Positions 11,267-22,900 of a stretch of DNA of 64,000 bases are shown piece after piece. A model generated the notes under the pieces. It saw only the letters and a list, made by a program, of their open reading frames with translations. It was not told where the DNA came from and searched no databases. The position numbers were made by a program, and so were the translations under genes. Origin of the DNA: Psammoneis japonica (lineage: Eukaryota); contig QPGO01000031.1 of NCBI GenBank assembly GCA_008632985.1, forward strand, positions 62,001-126,000, written 5' to 3'. Positions within the stretch are counted from its first letter, which is position 1, and the number at the start of each line of letters is the position of its first letter.

Positions 11267-11673
11267 TTATTCATCATCATGCTGGCGCTTGGATCCATTG
11301 TATTTCTTGGCAAACTTTTGATTCCTCAAAAACTTGGGGTCCATGCCTCGCGTCGACACATACTTGCTTCTCTTGGCCTTTTTGATTCCATTGGCGTGAG
11401 CCTTGTGGGTGTTATTGTGTGCACAAGTGTTCTTTTGCTGTAAGTATGAAAACAAGACGCGATGAAATTTGTGAGCGAAATCGGTTCAAAGAGCGGTCGA
11501 ATGAGTCGAATGGCGCAACGACGAGCACACGGTTATCCATCCGCAAAGCAACGATGTTTGCTTCCTCCACGACAACCACAATATTTTTCTCGCTCCCATC
11601 ATTATAACTTCGGACGGTACAAGCATGTACAGCGGTATTCTTTTTCTCTCTCTTGTCTACTTGCCTTCACCAT
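11267..11673 (-). CDS. RPL29: 60S ribosomal protein L29 (eL29); exons 11673-11665 and 11437-11267 with a GC-AG intron
   Basis: Spliced product [48 protein letters not shown] matches eL29. Donor AAG|GCAAGT, acceptor TTACAG|. Confidence 0.92.
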
Positions 11674-12083
11674 GGTCCAATCTGTTGTTTAGCCGACACA
11701 AGAAGATGCGTGTGGTCGCTCGCGGGTGAGACAGCTCGGTAACGAAGCTACACAGTCTCTACCTACGTAAGATGTTGCTAGTAATTTTACGACAGAGAAA
11801 AGTTTCAGTCGAATGATTCAGTTTAGTAAGTGGTGAGATGAATTATATCATATCCATATAATAAGAATATATTTTCGAAAATTTTAGCCAGTCATTATGC
11901 GATAGTCGTAATGACTATGGTGCTGGTCATTTTTAAATTCTGCCTACGTATTTTTTGTACTGGGTCACACGTACCGAAAATTTGTCGCACAACGCAAACA
12001 ACACAACGTTGCGTTTGACCGCACTTCTGAGTGCTGTTGTGTTTGTGTGTTACACTTTTTGTAGTGTTGACTACAATCATCAC

Positions 12084-13570
12084 ATGTCCCCTGCTGGAAA
12101 AAGTGTCTTTCGTCGTTCTCAGTCGGGTAGTGAAGAGACCTATTCCTCGTCATTTGCATCAGCATCAGCAGCAGCACCGAGAACAACCGGTGGTTTCTTT
12201 TCCAGCAGTCGTGATTTTTTGCCCATTTCAACAATGCGTTCCGAGTCCATGGCTTATCCTTCTTCGGGTTCCATGTCCATGATTGGAAAAGTGAACTATT
12301 ACATGAGGTTTCATTCACGAGCCATTCTGGCAACTTGTGCCTTTTTTGGTTTTGTTTTGATTCTCAGTTCTGATAGAATTCATGACGAAGTACGGCCGGG
12401 ACTGCGATTGTAAGTATACCTAGTACTGCAGTCAAGTGTGTTTTCACATCACTTGACTCTAGTTCACACTTTTCCTATAACATCTCTACTATTACAGGGT
12501 CAGACCCAGCACAGTTTCGAATTTCGGTGGCGCCATTCGCCCCGGCTACTTTCACATCAAGGACTCGGTCATGGACGATCACACGTTTCGCTTTGCTGCC
12601 GTGACGGACTTGGACCAGCTGAGCAAAGTCGAAGACTCTCGCAAGCCTCTCTTCAAGAGTGTCTTGTTACCGGGTACTATTACTAGAGACGAAAACAACA
12701 AGTATACGGTGAAATTTGAAAAAACGCGTGATTTGATTTCTCAACACAACGAGGCGGGACGAGGCATGGAATTGAGTGAGCTTACCATTTATCAGAACCG
12801 TCTTTTGAGTTTTGATGATCGTACCGGAACTGTTTATGAGATTCTCAATAAAAAGGCTGGCAAAGAGTCTTATGCGGTTCCTCGCTTTGTCATTACCGAA
12901 GGAGAGGGTGACACGGACAAGGGTATGAAGTGGGAATGGGCCACGGTCAAGAATGACGAGCTGTACATGGGCAGCATGGGTAAGGAGTATACCAATGCCG
13001 ATGGGTCCGTGGCCAACACGAACAACTTGTGGATTGCCGTGCTGAACGCATACGGTGAACTACGAAGGTTGGATTGGACCAAACACTTTAACTTTGTGAG
13101 AGCCAAATTGGGAGCGTCGAGCCCGGGGTACATTATCAATGAAGCCGTCTTGTGGTCGGATCATTTGCAAAATGGGTCTTTTTGCCAAGGAGAATCTCTT
13201 CGGAAAAGTATGACGAGGATCTGGATGAGAAGCGTGGTTCCAACAAGGTGGTTTTGGTCAATGACAAGTTTACCGACGCAGAGGTGGTGGATGTCAAAAT
13301 GGCCACTCTTGATCCACTCCACGGATTTTCATCCTTTGCCTTTGTGCCGGGAACACAGACAAGCACGCAATGGCCATTCGATCCGTGGAGGAGGACTGTA
13401 CCGGTGACATTAAGGACTGCAAACAGCGATCCTACTTTGTCATTTTCGATGTCTTGACGGGAGAAGTGCTCATGGATGAAGTCAAGTATGAACTCGATCT
13501 CAAATTTGAGGGATTGGAATTTGTTGATATTTACACCAAGGAACCGCACGTCACCACCAACAAGGACTAA
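12084..13570 (+). CDS. Ca2+-activated nucleotidase / apyrase (CANT1 family) with an N-terminal anchor; intron about 12410-12497; two apparent -1 frameshifts (about 13170 and 13358)
   Basis: Motifs VTDLDQLS, GRGMELSEL, FDDRTG, KGMKWEW, GSMGKE, KWVFLPRR, GFSSFAFVPG and KFEGLEF are spread over three frames. GTAAGT...ACAG intron. Confidence 0.9.
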
Positions 13571-13911
13571 GACGTATCGTACCATAATACAACACTAGAG
13601 AAACACCATTTTGTATCTGTCGAGTCGTGTGTTCCCGCTGGATCGTCGTTGTTTTTTTGTTGTGCATATATAAATTTGTGAGTTTTGCCGTACGCTTCGC
13701 ATCAACTCCCACGCGTCAGTAGCTTATATCTCCCCTTATTACAAGTGGGAAGCCCGTTCTTGACATGATCGATGGTCTGCTTCAGAAAGGTTTGTAATCT
13801 TTCGAAAACACAGGGCAAGTCGGGGTTCTCGCCGCCCTTCAACCATCGGAACCATTCATAAGGATTCCAGAACTCCACTCTGGATCCGGTTACTATCGTC
13901 CTTGAGTGCTT

Positions 13912-14271
13912 ATTGCACGTCTGCCAAATAGTTTGCCTCTGCGATGCAGTAATTCTTGGAGAGTTTGGATGAATGATTTTGTGCAGTGAGACGGGAAGAG
14001 CGCCCAAGTATGGCTACAGTACATAGAAAAGAAGCTTGCTGTCGCTGTCTCTGTTACTGTCCTGCAAGATCACAACGGAACGAACCCAAGGATTGCACGT
14101 CTGCCAAATAGTTTGCCTCTGCGATGCAGTAATTCTTGGAGAGTTTGGATGAATGATTTTGTGCAGTGAGACGGGAAGAGCGCCCAAGAATGGCTACAGT
14201 ACATAGAAAAGAAGCTTGCTGTCGCTGTCTCTATTACTGTCCTGCAAGATCACGACGGAACGAACCCAAGG
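13912..14271. repeat. tandem duplication, 2 x 180 bp
   Basis: 13912-14091 and 14092-14271 differ at only three positions. Confidence 0.95.
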
Positions 14272-14648
14272 ATCTTCCACACTTCGGTCTAAAATCTATA
14301 GTGCGCCTTCCTCGGGTTTGATATTTTGACCGTCGCTTCCAGGAACCATGAGTACTCATCCTTTCATTGCCATGATGCATAGGCAACTTTTTATGCTGTG
14401 TCTTTTCTGCCTCAATTGCCCGTCTTTGCCTGATTTGAGTGTTTTGTTTGTGACCAACCCGCCGCGAACTCATATCAAAAGTCAAACACTATCAGGTCCT
14501 CTACTAGCTAGAGGCCCTCTAGAGTAGCTCATCTACAGCAGCTACAACTGAAGTAGAGAGTTGCTTTCTATGTGACATTACTTTTTAAGTCGTTGTACGA
14601 TCTCCATCACCCTCAATGTCCTCTAACTAGACAACGTTTGTCCTAGTC

Positions 14649-15368
14649 CTAGGTGGTCCCAGCATCGGGTCTTCTCCTGATCCACTCGGACACATTGTTC
14701 TTTGGAGTGCAATAAACGAAGGCCGTCCCAGGATCCTCTGAGACTTTCGGTGTCAATGCTTCTTCAGGAGCCTTCATTATGGTGTTAGAAGATTGATATG
14801 CATTTGAATCTGATTCTTTGGGGGCAGATATCGGTTTTATCTCTCGACGAAGCAACTGCCGTCGAGGAGGCGATGAGTCTGAACGCATTAGAGGGAACGA
14901 CGGCGGAGATTGAGGCCTCACAGATGAATCCTCACTCTTATCCCGGACAGAGTGCTTGTACTTTACGTCAGGTAACTCTTCTTTCGAGTTCAAACAAGCC
15001 ACCTTCTCTTTTTGTTTGCAAGCTTCATCGATTTTTCCTTGATGGGCATCATTCCCGTAATTACATACCACCGATTTTCTCTTGGAAGCTCTTGGTCTCA
15101 GCGCAACTGGAGCTTCCATCTGCAACTTTGAAGCAGCTCTGTCGTTATTTTCATGATCCAGAACAATTGGTATGAAGCATTTGCTTCGTGGAAGAGGACG
15201 TTTTCTCGGCGATCTGGACTCATTGGAACGCACCTTTGACGACTCGGCGATTGAGCAAGCGTCGGAAGAATTCTCATGCGTTTCGGAGAAGCTTCCTCCC
15301 CTGCCATCCCCACCATCATTATTCGAAATGCGCAACATTGATACGGTAGGCCCTCTAGAGTCATACAA
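14649..15368 (-). CDS. hypothetical low-complexity Ser/Pro/Arg-rich protein
   Basis: 239-aa ATG-initiated ORF with no recognisable domain. Confidence 0.55.
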   Translation of the reverse strand: MYDSRGPTVSMLRISNNDGGDGRGGSFSETHENSSDACSIAESSKVRSNESRSPRKRPLPRSKCFIPIVLDHENNDRAASKLQMEAPVALRPRASKRKSVVCNYGNDAHQGKIDEACKQKEKVACLNSKEELPDVKYKHSVRDKSEDSSVRPQSPPSFPLMRSDSSPPRRQLLRREIKPISAPKESDSNAYQSSNTIMKAPEEALTPKVSEDPGTAFVYCTPKNNVSEWIRRRPDAGTT

Positions 15369-16035
15369 TCACGATGCCCGCAACGAGTTCTCATTCTCAC
15401 AAGAGGGAGAACAGAAAGAACGATGAAACATCTGTGTGTGGAACGAAGTTCGCCACGTTCTGTTGCGTGCATCTTAATGATAAAATATAGACATTCAGTC
15501 GCTAAAAAGAGAATAAAAATGTCATCGTTAAACAATCTCCATAATCTCGTCTGATATATCATAAGGATCTGATATATTACATTCACTATGATATTTTTGG
15601 CGAATCTTGCTTCGCGAAACTCCGCCTCCCCCTCCTCTCACTCTCAGCTCTCACCTCTCACTCTCCGAGCAGAAAAACGCAAGACAAGACTACACTCTAC
15701 TGTAGAGAGTAAAAGGTAAAAGGGCCTACGGCTAGTACTCCGAATCGCCCTTCTCCACATTGACGCCACTTGTCGATCCTAGACACGGTTCAATCATTGC
15801 ACCTGTCTCCAGATTCTACACCAATGCCAAGTTGGACGTCGACGAAGCCTACGAGTATTCTACGACCCGCGATCCAGGTTCGGCATCAAAATGCTGAGGC
15901 GACAGCAGGTAACGAAATGCTACATGGTACCAAAAAAGTTGCAGCATTATAAATTGTTAAAAAGAGTAAGAATATGAAAACGGATAAACTTTCTGTGGTC
16001 AAAGGCTGGATTTGACTCAGAAATTGTATGAGCAG

Positions 16036-16944
16036 CTACGTGAGCATTGGTAGCAGTATCTCGTTTGTAGGCGCATCATTCGTTTCGACAGATCGATTTG
16101 CTTGTGAAAAGGCTGAAGGAGGCTTATTAGAGGGAGGACCTGCTTCACTGTCTTTCATTGTTGCAGTTGGAGTTTCAAAAGAACTTGCGTCAAAGCTGTC
16201 GACATCATGAAATGTCGGGAGCGAAATATCGACTGGCGTCCATGGCTCTGAATGATTGGTTTCCGAAGGCTTTGGTGAAGTATGTTCAATGTGGGGAGAG
16301 GGCTTTGGAAAAGGAGGGCGTGGTGCCGGCGAAACTTCCTTGGAAAAATCGTCTAGAGTTGGACTTGTTGCCCTCATCCGGAGGCTGAATCGATTCGGCT
16401 TGTGTTGAAGCCTTGATTTGTACTTTGATGGGATGTCTTGATCGCCTAATGCATCTGAATCGGCACTACCTCGTGCGTTCATTTCATGTACAACTGGTCT
16501 ATACCCATAGTTACACTCCGTCGGCACATGAACTGTGGTGATAGTCAAAAGGCTCTCCTCTTGTGATAACACACTGTCGACGGACATACCAGCATGCTCC
16601 TTTGGTCGTCGAGGCATCAACTGCCACCGCGGTTGAGGCTTCTGACGAGGTCGTCGCTGTGGAGGAACCAAGTGAAAAGCTTCGGTAGCCTGTGTCACCG
16701 GGGATTCAATGTTATTCAAGGGACTGATCGGTAGAAATGCGTTTTGAGAACAGTGAGATTGGCACTCGATTGTTCGAACAGGAGCAACATGCTGGAAACC
16801 AGTTGTAGATTCCACACGCGCCCGTTTCGGAGTAGGTCGTGATCGGGGTGTATCTTTTGCCTCTGATTTAAGCACAGATTGTGATTGAAGTTCGGGAGTT
16901 TCGTTCATTTTGATTTGGATGGGATAATGTGAGCACTGTGACAC
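16036..16944 (-). CDS. hypothetical disordered Pro/Ser-rich protein (probable ATG at 16908)
   Basis: About 290-300-aa ORF with LMPR/LRMR motifs and no known domain. Confidence 0.6.
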   Translation of the reverse strand: MSQCSHYPIQIKMNETPELQSQSVLKSEAKDTPRSRPTPKRARVESTTGFQHVAPVRTIECQSHCSQNAFLPISPLNNIESPVTQATEAFHLVPPQRRPRQKPQPRWQLMPRRPKEHAGMSVDSVLSQEESLLTITTVHVPTECNYGYRPVVHEMNARGSADSDALGDQDIPSKYKSRLQHKPNRFSLRMRATSPTLDDFSKEVSPAPRPPFPKPSPHIEHTSPKPSETNHSEPWTPVDISLPTFHDVDSFDASSFETPTATMKDSEAGPPSNKPPSAFSQANRSVETNDAPTNEILLPMLT

Positions 16945-19182
16945 ATGCCAACATGGTTGTGAAATCCGAATTCTGTTTCGGTGAGTGTGACACCAATTTA
17001 AATTGCGGAAAGTTCACACTATGTGCTGAATTTCGACGGTTAGTAGGAATCATATGTAGAGTCCACGGGTCTTTGTCTCAAAGTTGCGGTAAAACGAGCA
17101 AAAGAACGTTCCAAAGCCGGTTTGGTGTGGTTCAAACACGTCATTGCATTCAATCAAGGTAGATCTGTACTAATACCGACGTAGCAATGAGAAAGCTCAA
17201 TTTCCATTTGAATTTGACCATTGATGAAGATGCAGTTTGGTTCTTCGTGTCAGAAACGCCATCACATGCCATCACTATGCTATCTACATCTGTTAGAGCA
17301 ATAATACCATGGGAGGGTCTTTTTGGGTGATACCATTGATGCGTTGAAAAGTACAGAACATCGATAGTAAGAATTGCAGATTCCAGATTCCAAAAAATCA
17401 TCCAACACATCCAGTTTTCATTCATTTCTCGCTCTCAGTTCATTCCCGCCTGATCATCATCTGTTATCTGTTGATTGTCACCATCACAAGAGAATTGAGT
17501 GCGCCAAGCACCTTGCCATGATTCGACGTACTGTACCATACATTTTACAAAAATCAAAGAGAAGCACCATGAAACTGTTCTCGACACTTTGCCAGTGAGA
17601 AAGGCCACAACTCGGCCTTGCGACTTGCGGCCTCGGGCGTTGTTCCAAACAACGGCGACCGGACAGGTAAATCAGCGCCTTTTCGGTGTAACCAAGAGTT
17701 ACGCCAGAAGATGTACCATTGCATCTATACTCTGTACTGGTACCATTGTTTGGCGTTTCATTGTCTACCGGCTGGCTTTGACTTTGAAGTGCGCAGCATC
17801 GATGCCACGAATTCGGCACTGTGGCGGAAGCAAGGCTTTCAACGGAGAAACTTCCCCCGTCGTTTGCCGTGGTCATCATTTGTGGAATTGAAGACCTCCG
17901 TCACACTGTTCCCATATACTGATGTAATCAACGAGTTTGATCGGGCCTACAGACATCTTCCGAGATGAGACAATCCACATACCCAAGCAAATCCTTACGA
18001 TCAGGCGTTGGACAATGGGTGTGCCGGTATACTAACTTATTGCTCCATTTAAACTTGGACTGCCCGGGGCGTTTCTTCAAGAACAACGAGACATGTGCAT
18101 GCATACCTGTATAGAAGCCGTATCGCCCGAGTCATACTGACCTCGCAAGTCGAGGCGACCCCCTCCGTTCCCTCGTCATGCTCTCGGTTGGCTTACTAGT
18201 CCTCGAGAACCTACCATGTGTATCAGGGTCTTGATAATGGGATGTTGTTGACGTTTTCTTTCATATTTACAAGTTTGAATTAAAACGCTCCCTGTCGTCT
18301 GAAAAGGTAGTGGGGTGAGCGTGTCGAGTCTGCACGCGTGTCGACTGCTGCTTACTACGTACGACAAGTGAAGCAGTCTCAAACTCCTTTGGACAGCAGT
18401 TGTGTCCTTGTCAGGCTGGAGCAGGAGTCGAATGTTTTGATTTTGGAGCGACAAAGGAAGGAGTCACCCTGTTCTTGTGCAGATCGGTTCCGGCTAGAGC
18501 CAACTTCAGGGTTTCTTACGATGTTGTTTCAGGTGCAGAATCAAGCAGCGAGATTAGTCACAAACGCGGAAAGTGAGAGTATCTCCGCGTAATAGCGTTG
18601 GCGTCTTGGGCCCTACGTTCAACGTGGCGTCTATCCATTTTTTGCACGTCGCGAGCGTGACGATCAGGAAGGGACACGATTGATTATATTTGTTATAATG
18701 CCACCAACAAATGTGCTGGCATTATCGTGCGGCTGGGAATTTCGCCCGAGCGATTGCGACCACTGCACTGCACCTGATGCAGGCACTGCAGCAGAAGGCG
18801 ATATTGTGGAAGCGTTCCGAACGAAATGCTCTAGAGACAAAATTGACTGCTGTCGTCAGCACCAATAACTGAAGTCAGCATCATGGGGTGGCATTTATTC
18901 CCGTTTCCTAACTTCTCACGCCACCTCCCCGGGACTAAAAACAATCTTGGCAAATTTGGCAGTCAAATCCCTAACCTTAAAAAGTTTCTGTCGACATTCC
19001 CACACTGGCCCGACAAAACTCTGGTTTTCTCTTGATGCTGCTTCAAAGCTCACTTATTTATGCCGTACAAAACACTCAAGATTCTTTCAAAGAGAGAGAG
19101 ACGCAAGGCGCAACTGCGTGCTCACCATACTATACTGGCAGCAATACAGAAACGGAAATGTTGGTTGTACATACTCCTCTAT

Positions 19183-19325
19183 CTACTAGCTAGAGTAGCT
19201 AGGTCTAGAGAGAGCTAGCTACTACTACTACCTCTAGAGAGCTACCGGTAGTAGTAGATAGAGTAGCTAGAGTATTAGTAGAGTATTAGTAGTAGATAGA
19301 GTAGAGAGAGCTACTCTAGCTAGGT
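19183..19325. repeat. TAG/CTAG/AGCT-rich low-complexity island
   Basis: ctactagctagagtagctaggtctagagagagctagctactactactacc... Related islands lie at about 14497-14560, 47170-47354, 51665-51722 and 63155-63190. Confidence 0.85.
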
Positions 19326-19951
19326 ATTGATCATGGGCGGGCGTGTGTCCTCCAATGGTCTATTCTGGCGGCGCGCGGGCGGGCGCATGGCATGGCTGGC
19401 GATGGCGCTGGCTGGCTAAGTCTGAGTCTTGCCAGCGTTTTTCTACCGTCGATAGTGTGGATTAATAAGTCCTAAGAATCGAATGTTGCATTTGGTAAAC
19501 TACAGGTTTGTAACATACAATTACGAAGTGAATATAACGCATATTTTCCAAATGTTGAAATTTCAAATATTTAGTTTTACTATCATTTAGGAGCGTTACA
19601 TATATATCCAAATATTTTTCAGATCTGGTATTACATAGTGACCGAATTTTCGCGCAACGTGCGTTGAACGACAAAAATGGTGAATTTTCCGGCACATAAA
19701 TATCTATGTCTGTATAAGGCAAATCTGGTACGATTGCTACGGTCTGTGTACAGAAAAATAATTTTGTGCAGTGACTGTGCGCCATTCGGGACAAAGAAGC
19801 GAGCACCGCATTTTATGTAACTGAAAATCAAACTGGGAGTCACCAACAGAGGTGATAGAAGGTCGTGTATCTGCGACGATTGCGAAACACGATAGAGCGA
19901 ACAAGAAGCGAATAAGCAATTGATTAGGGAACGAAATGAGACAGAGCGCAA

Positions 19952-22900
19952 GTGCATAATCAAAAGAGAAATAATATACAACAAAAAATGAGCTCGTTCC
20001 ATGGGACAATGTGGCAATGCTTGGCTGGATGCAATCAACGCACGCGACGCCGATGCCGATTCGGTCGACGCAGCTTTGCCGTGACCATGACCCTGTTGCT
20101 TGCCATACTACCAACTGTTGTGATAAGTAGTGGAGCAAATCGACCAAAGGATTTGATTTGCTACGATTATTTTGCAATAGCAGACGTCAACCAGGACAAT
20201 GAAATCGACAAAACTGAGTATTTAAATGCAGTGAAGGCGTTGTCCGATGGCTATTTCAATGACTTGGATGCGTTCGAAGAGTTACCCCCTATCATGCTAG
20301 AAACGTTTCATGACTTGGCGTGTCAGTGCCCTGGGGCTGATGGTGATGTATCATGTTGTACGAATGGCGAAGACCGCGAGGCTACCATTAACATTTTTGG
20401 AATGAAGGATGGGCAATCCGCATCGCAGCAACAAATTCAGCATGTGCGCAATGTGTGTTCTGAGACCAGAGGTACGCTGACCGCTACCACGTTGGATGCT
20501 AAGTATTTGGTGCCTCGAACTGGCTCTCGAGCTGCTCCTCGAATAGCTCCAGTGCGGGAACCGCTGTCCTCTCCGAGGCTTTCGGACACTGATCAGATGG
20601 ACATAACTAAGCGCAGACGCCTCCAGGAGGCGTCGCCAGAGTGCAAATCAACTTTGGCATTGAGCGACGAGAACAACGACAGCTTGATCGATCAAACTGA
20701 GTACATCTTTCTCGTTAACTTGCTGTCGAATAACGAGTGGTCCGACGTTACAGAATTTTCGGGTTTGCCAACGATATTGCAGGATAACTTTGCAGCTCTG
20801 GCGGAAGGAACGCCACCCGCGATTAACGTTTCTGGTGCGAGTGGAACTGAAAATGCAGATGATGATCAAGAACTTTTTCTGCAGAGAGTATGCGATGATA
20901 CGAATGAAGCAGTGATTGACGCCATCGAGGCGAATCCCACAGAACCTAGCCCAGCACCCGTCAGTCAACCAACAGTTTCGATCTTTGGTTGCTATGCCCG
21001 AATGGCACTAGCTGATCAGATCAGACCCGATGGTTTGATTGACAGAGAAGAATATGTCATCTTTGTGAATTCGTTCGTTGTCGGTGCCAATCCCTGGCAA
21101 GGTTTTCAGTTCACGGAGCTGCCACCGATATTGCAAGCGAACTTTATCTCATTAGCAGGGCCCGCCGTGACTGATACTATCGACACTTTCGGTTCAAGGC
21201 CAGGGCAAGATCCGTCACCAGAGCAAGAAGAGTATTTGGAGCAAGTTTGCGTTCAGACCCAGGAAGCTGTGGATATTGCGCTCACCCCTACACCACCGCC
21301 CGTGACGCCGCCTCCAGACACCCCGACTATAGCTCCTTCCCCTGCGCCATCGTCCTCACCGTCCCAGACTGAACCGACGATCGCTCCGTCAGTGTCACCG
21401 ACTGGGACAGGGCCAACTGTTTCTCCGACCGCCGAGCCAACTGCGTCTCCGTCTTTCTCTCCTTCCTCGTCTCCATCATTCGCTCCGTCCCCGTCTCCGT
21501 CATTTGCTCCTTCCCCATCACCGTCATTTGCTCCTTCCCCGTCAGCAAGTATATCGCCAGCACCGACAGATTTTGCGCCGTCGGTATCTCCGACAAGTAC
21601 ACCGTCTGCTCAGCCTTCGCCAAGTCCATCGGACGCACCGTCTGCTCGGCCTTCGTCAAGTCCATCAGACATTCAACCCTCAAGCCCGCCGGCGCTGCTT
21701 CCTTCAGCAGCACCATCGATATCAGCAGCGCCATCGATAGCCGGCTTGACGCCATCAGCTGTTCCCAGTCTGGCTCCATCGCGAAGCGTAGCGCCTTCAC
21801 AATCAAACATTGCAGCCGTGTTTAGTCCATTTGTCATATCGAACACAGAAGGATTGACTGCTGCTGGGTTAGAAGCTCTTCCTTTTTACGATCAACTGGG
21901 ATTGGCGTACAACTTGACAGCAGCCCAAGTTGTCAAGCTTTCGCCTTATGGTGGTATGCGAATCCTCTTCCTGAGAGGGAGCGTTGAAAGGAAGGATGTT
22001 GGCTCCGGACGCCGACTTGTGGTGGATTTTGTCTCCAGCGAAATTGGCCCACTCATCGACGCGCAATGCCCGGAAGGCACCCCGAGCGGCACCTTATGCC
22101 AAAACGTACCGCTTGCTAACTTCGCTGTGGATCTGACAAATGAGGAAACTGATAGAGAAACTGTCGTTGATGATCTACAGACTGCGATGTTTGCCGCAAT
22201 CGATAACGGCGACCTGCAGATGAATTTGGATATGATCAATTCGAACAACCCTATCAACGTTGTAGAAGGAGCTCGTCCAGATCCTACCCCTCCTCCAGTG
22301 ATGGCGCCTACTGCCGCACCAGACAGCAATGGCGGCGACGATGGTCTGAGTACGGGCATCATCATTGGTCTCGTGTTTCTTGGACTGGGCGGAGCGACTT
22401 TACTAGCCGTCGGCGGTCACCAAATCTACAAACGATATGGAAAGCCACCCAGAAGGGAAAGTCAGTTGATGGAATCGCAAAAATATCCGGACGATGATAT
22501 GGGAAGTGATATTGATGATGACCTATCTCAGTTCAAGAAGAACGAAACGGACAGTGTTGGCTGGTCAAAGACTGGAGATGAATCTGCCGCGGCCGCCGCC
22601 GCTGCCGCAGCCGGTGACAGTGAGAGCCAGAGCTCCTCTGAAGGTGAATCTAGCTATGAATCGAGTGAAGATGATTCGACTGTGCAGTCAGCACAATATA
22701 GTACTGAAGGAGATGACAATGAGTCTCCTGAAGAAGGAGACACTTCAGATGAAGATGATTCGGAAGAAGAGACAGGGTCCTCGGAGTACGAAAGTGACTC
22801 TGAAGATGAAGAAGGTTCTGGAGAAGGTGGCGAAGGCAATGCTGGGTCGGACGAAGATAGTTTTGCAGGCGACTCCTCCGACGAGTATATAAGCGAGGAT

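Noticed and set aside
11438..11664. Intronic snoRNA in RPL29
   Set aside because: No C box (RTGATGA) and D box (CTGA) pair on the sense strand.
17480..18600. Possible gene or pseudogene made of short + strand ORFs
   Set aside because: No consistent frame, splice model or domain could be supported.
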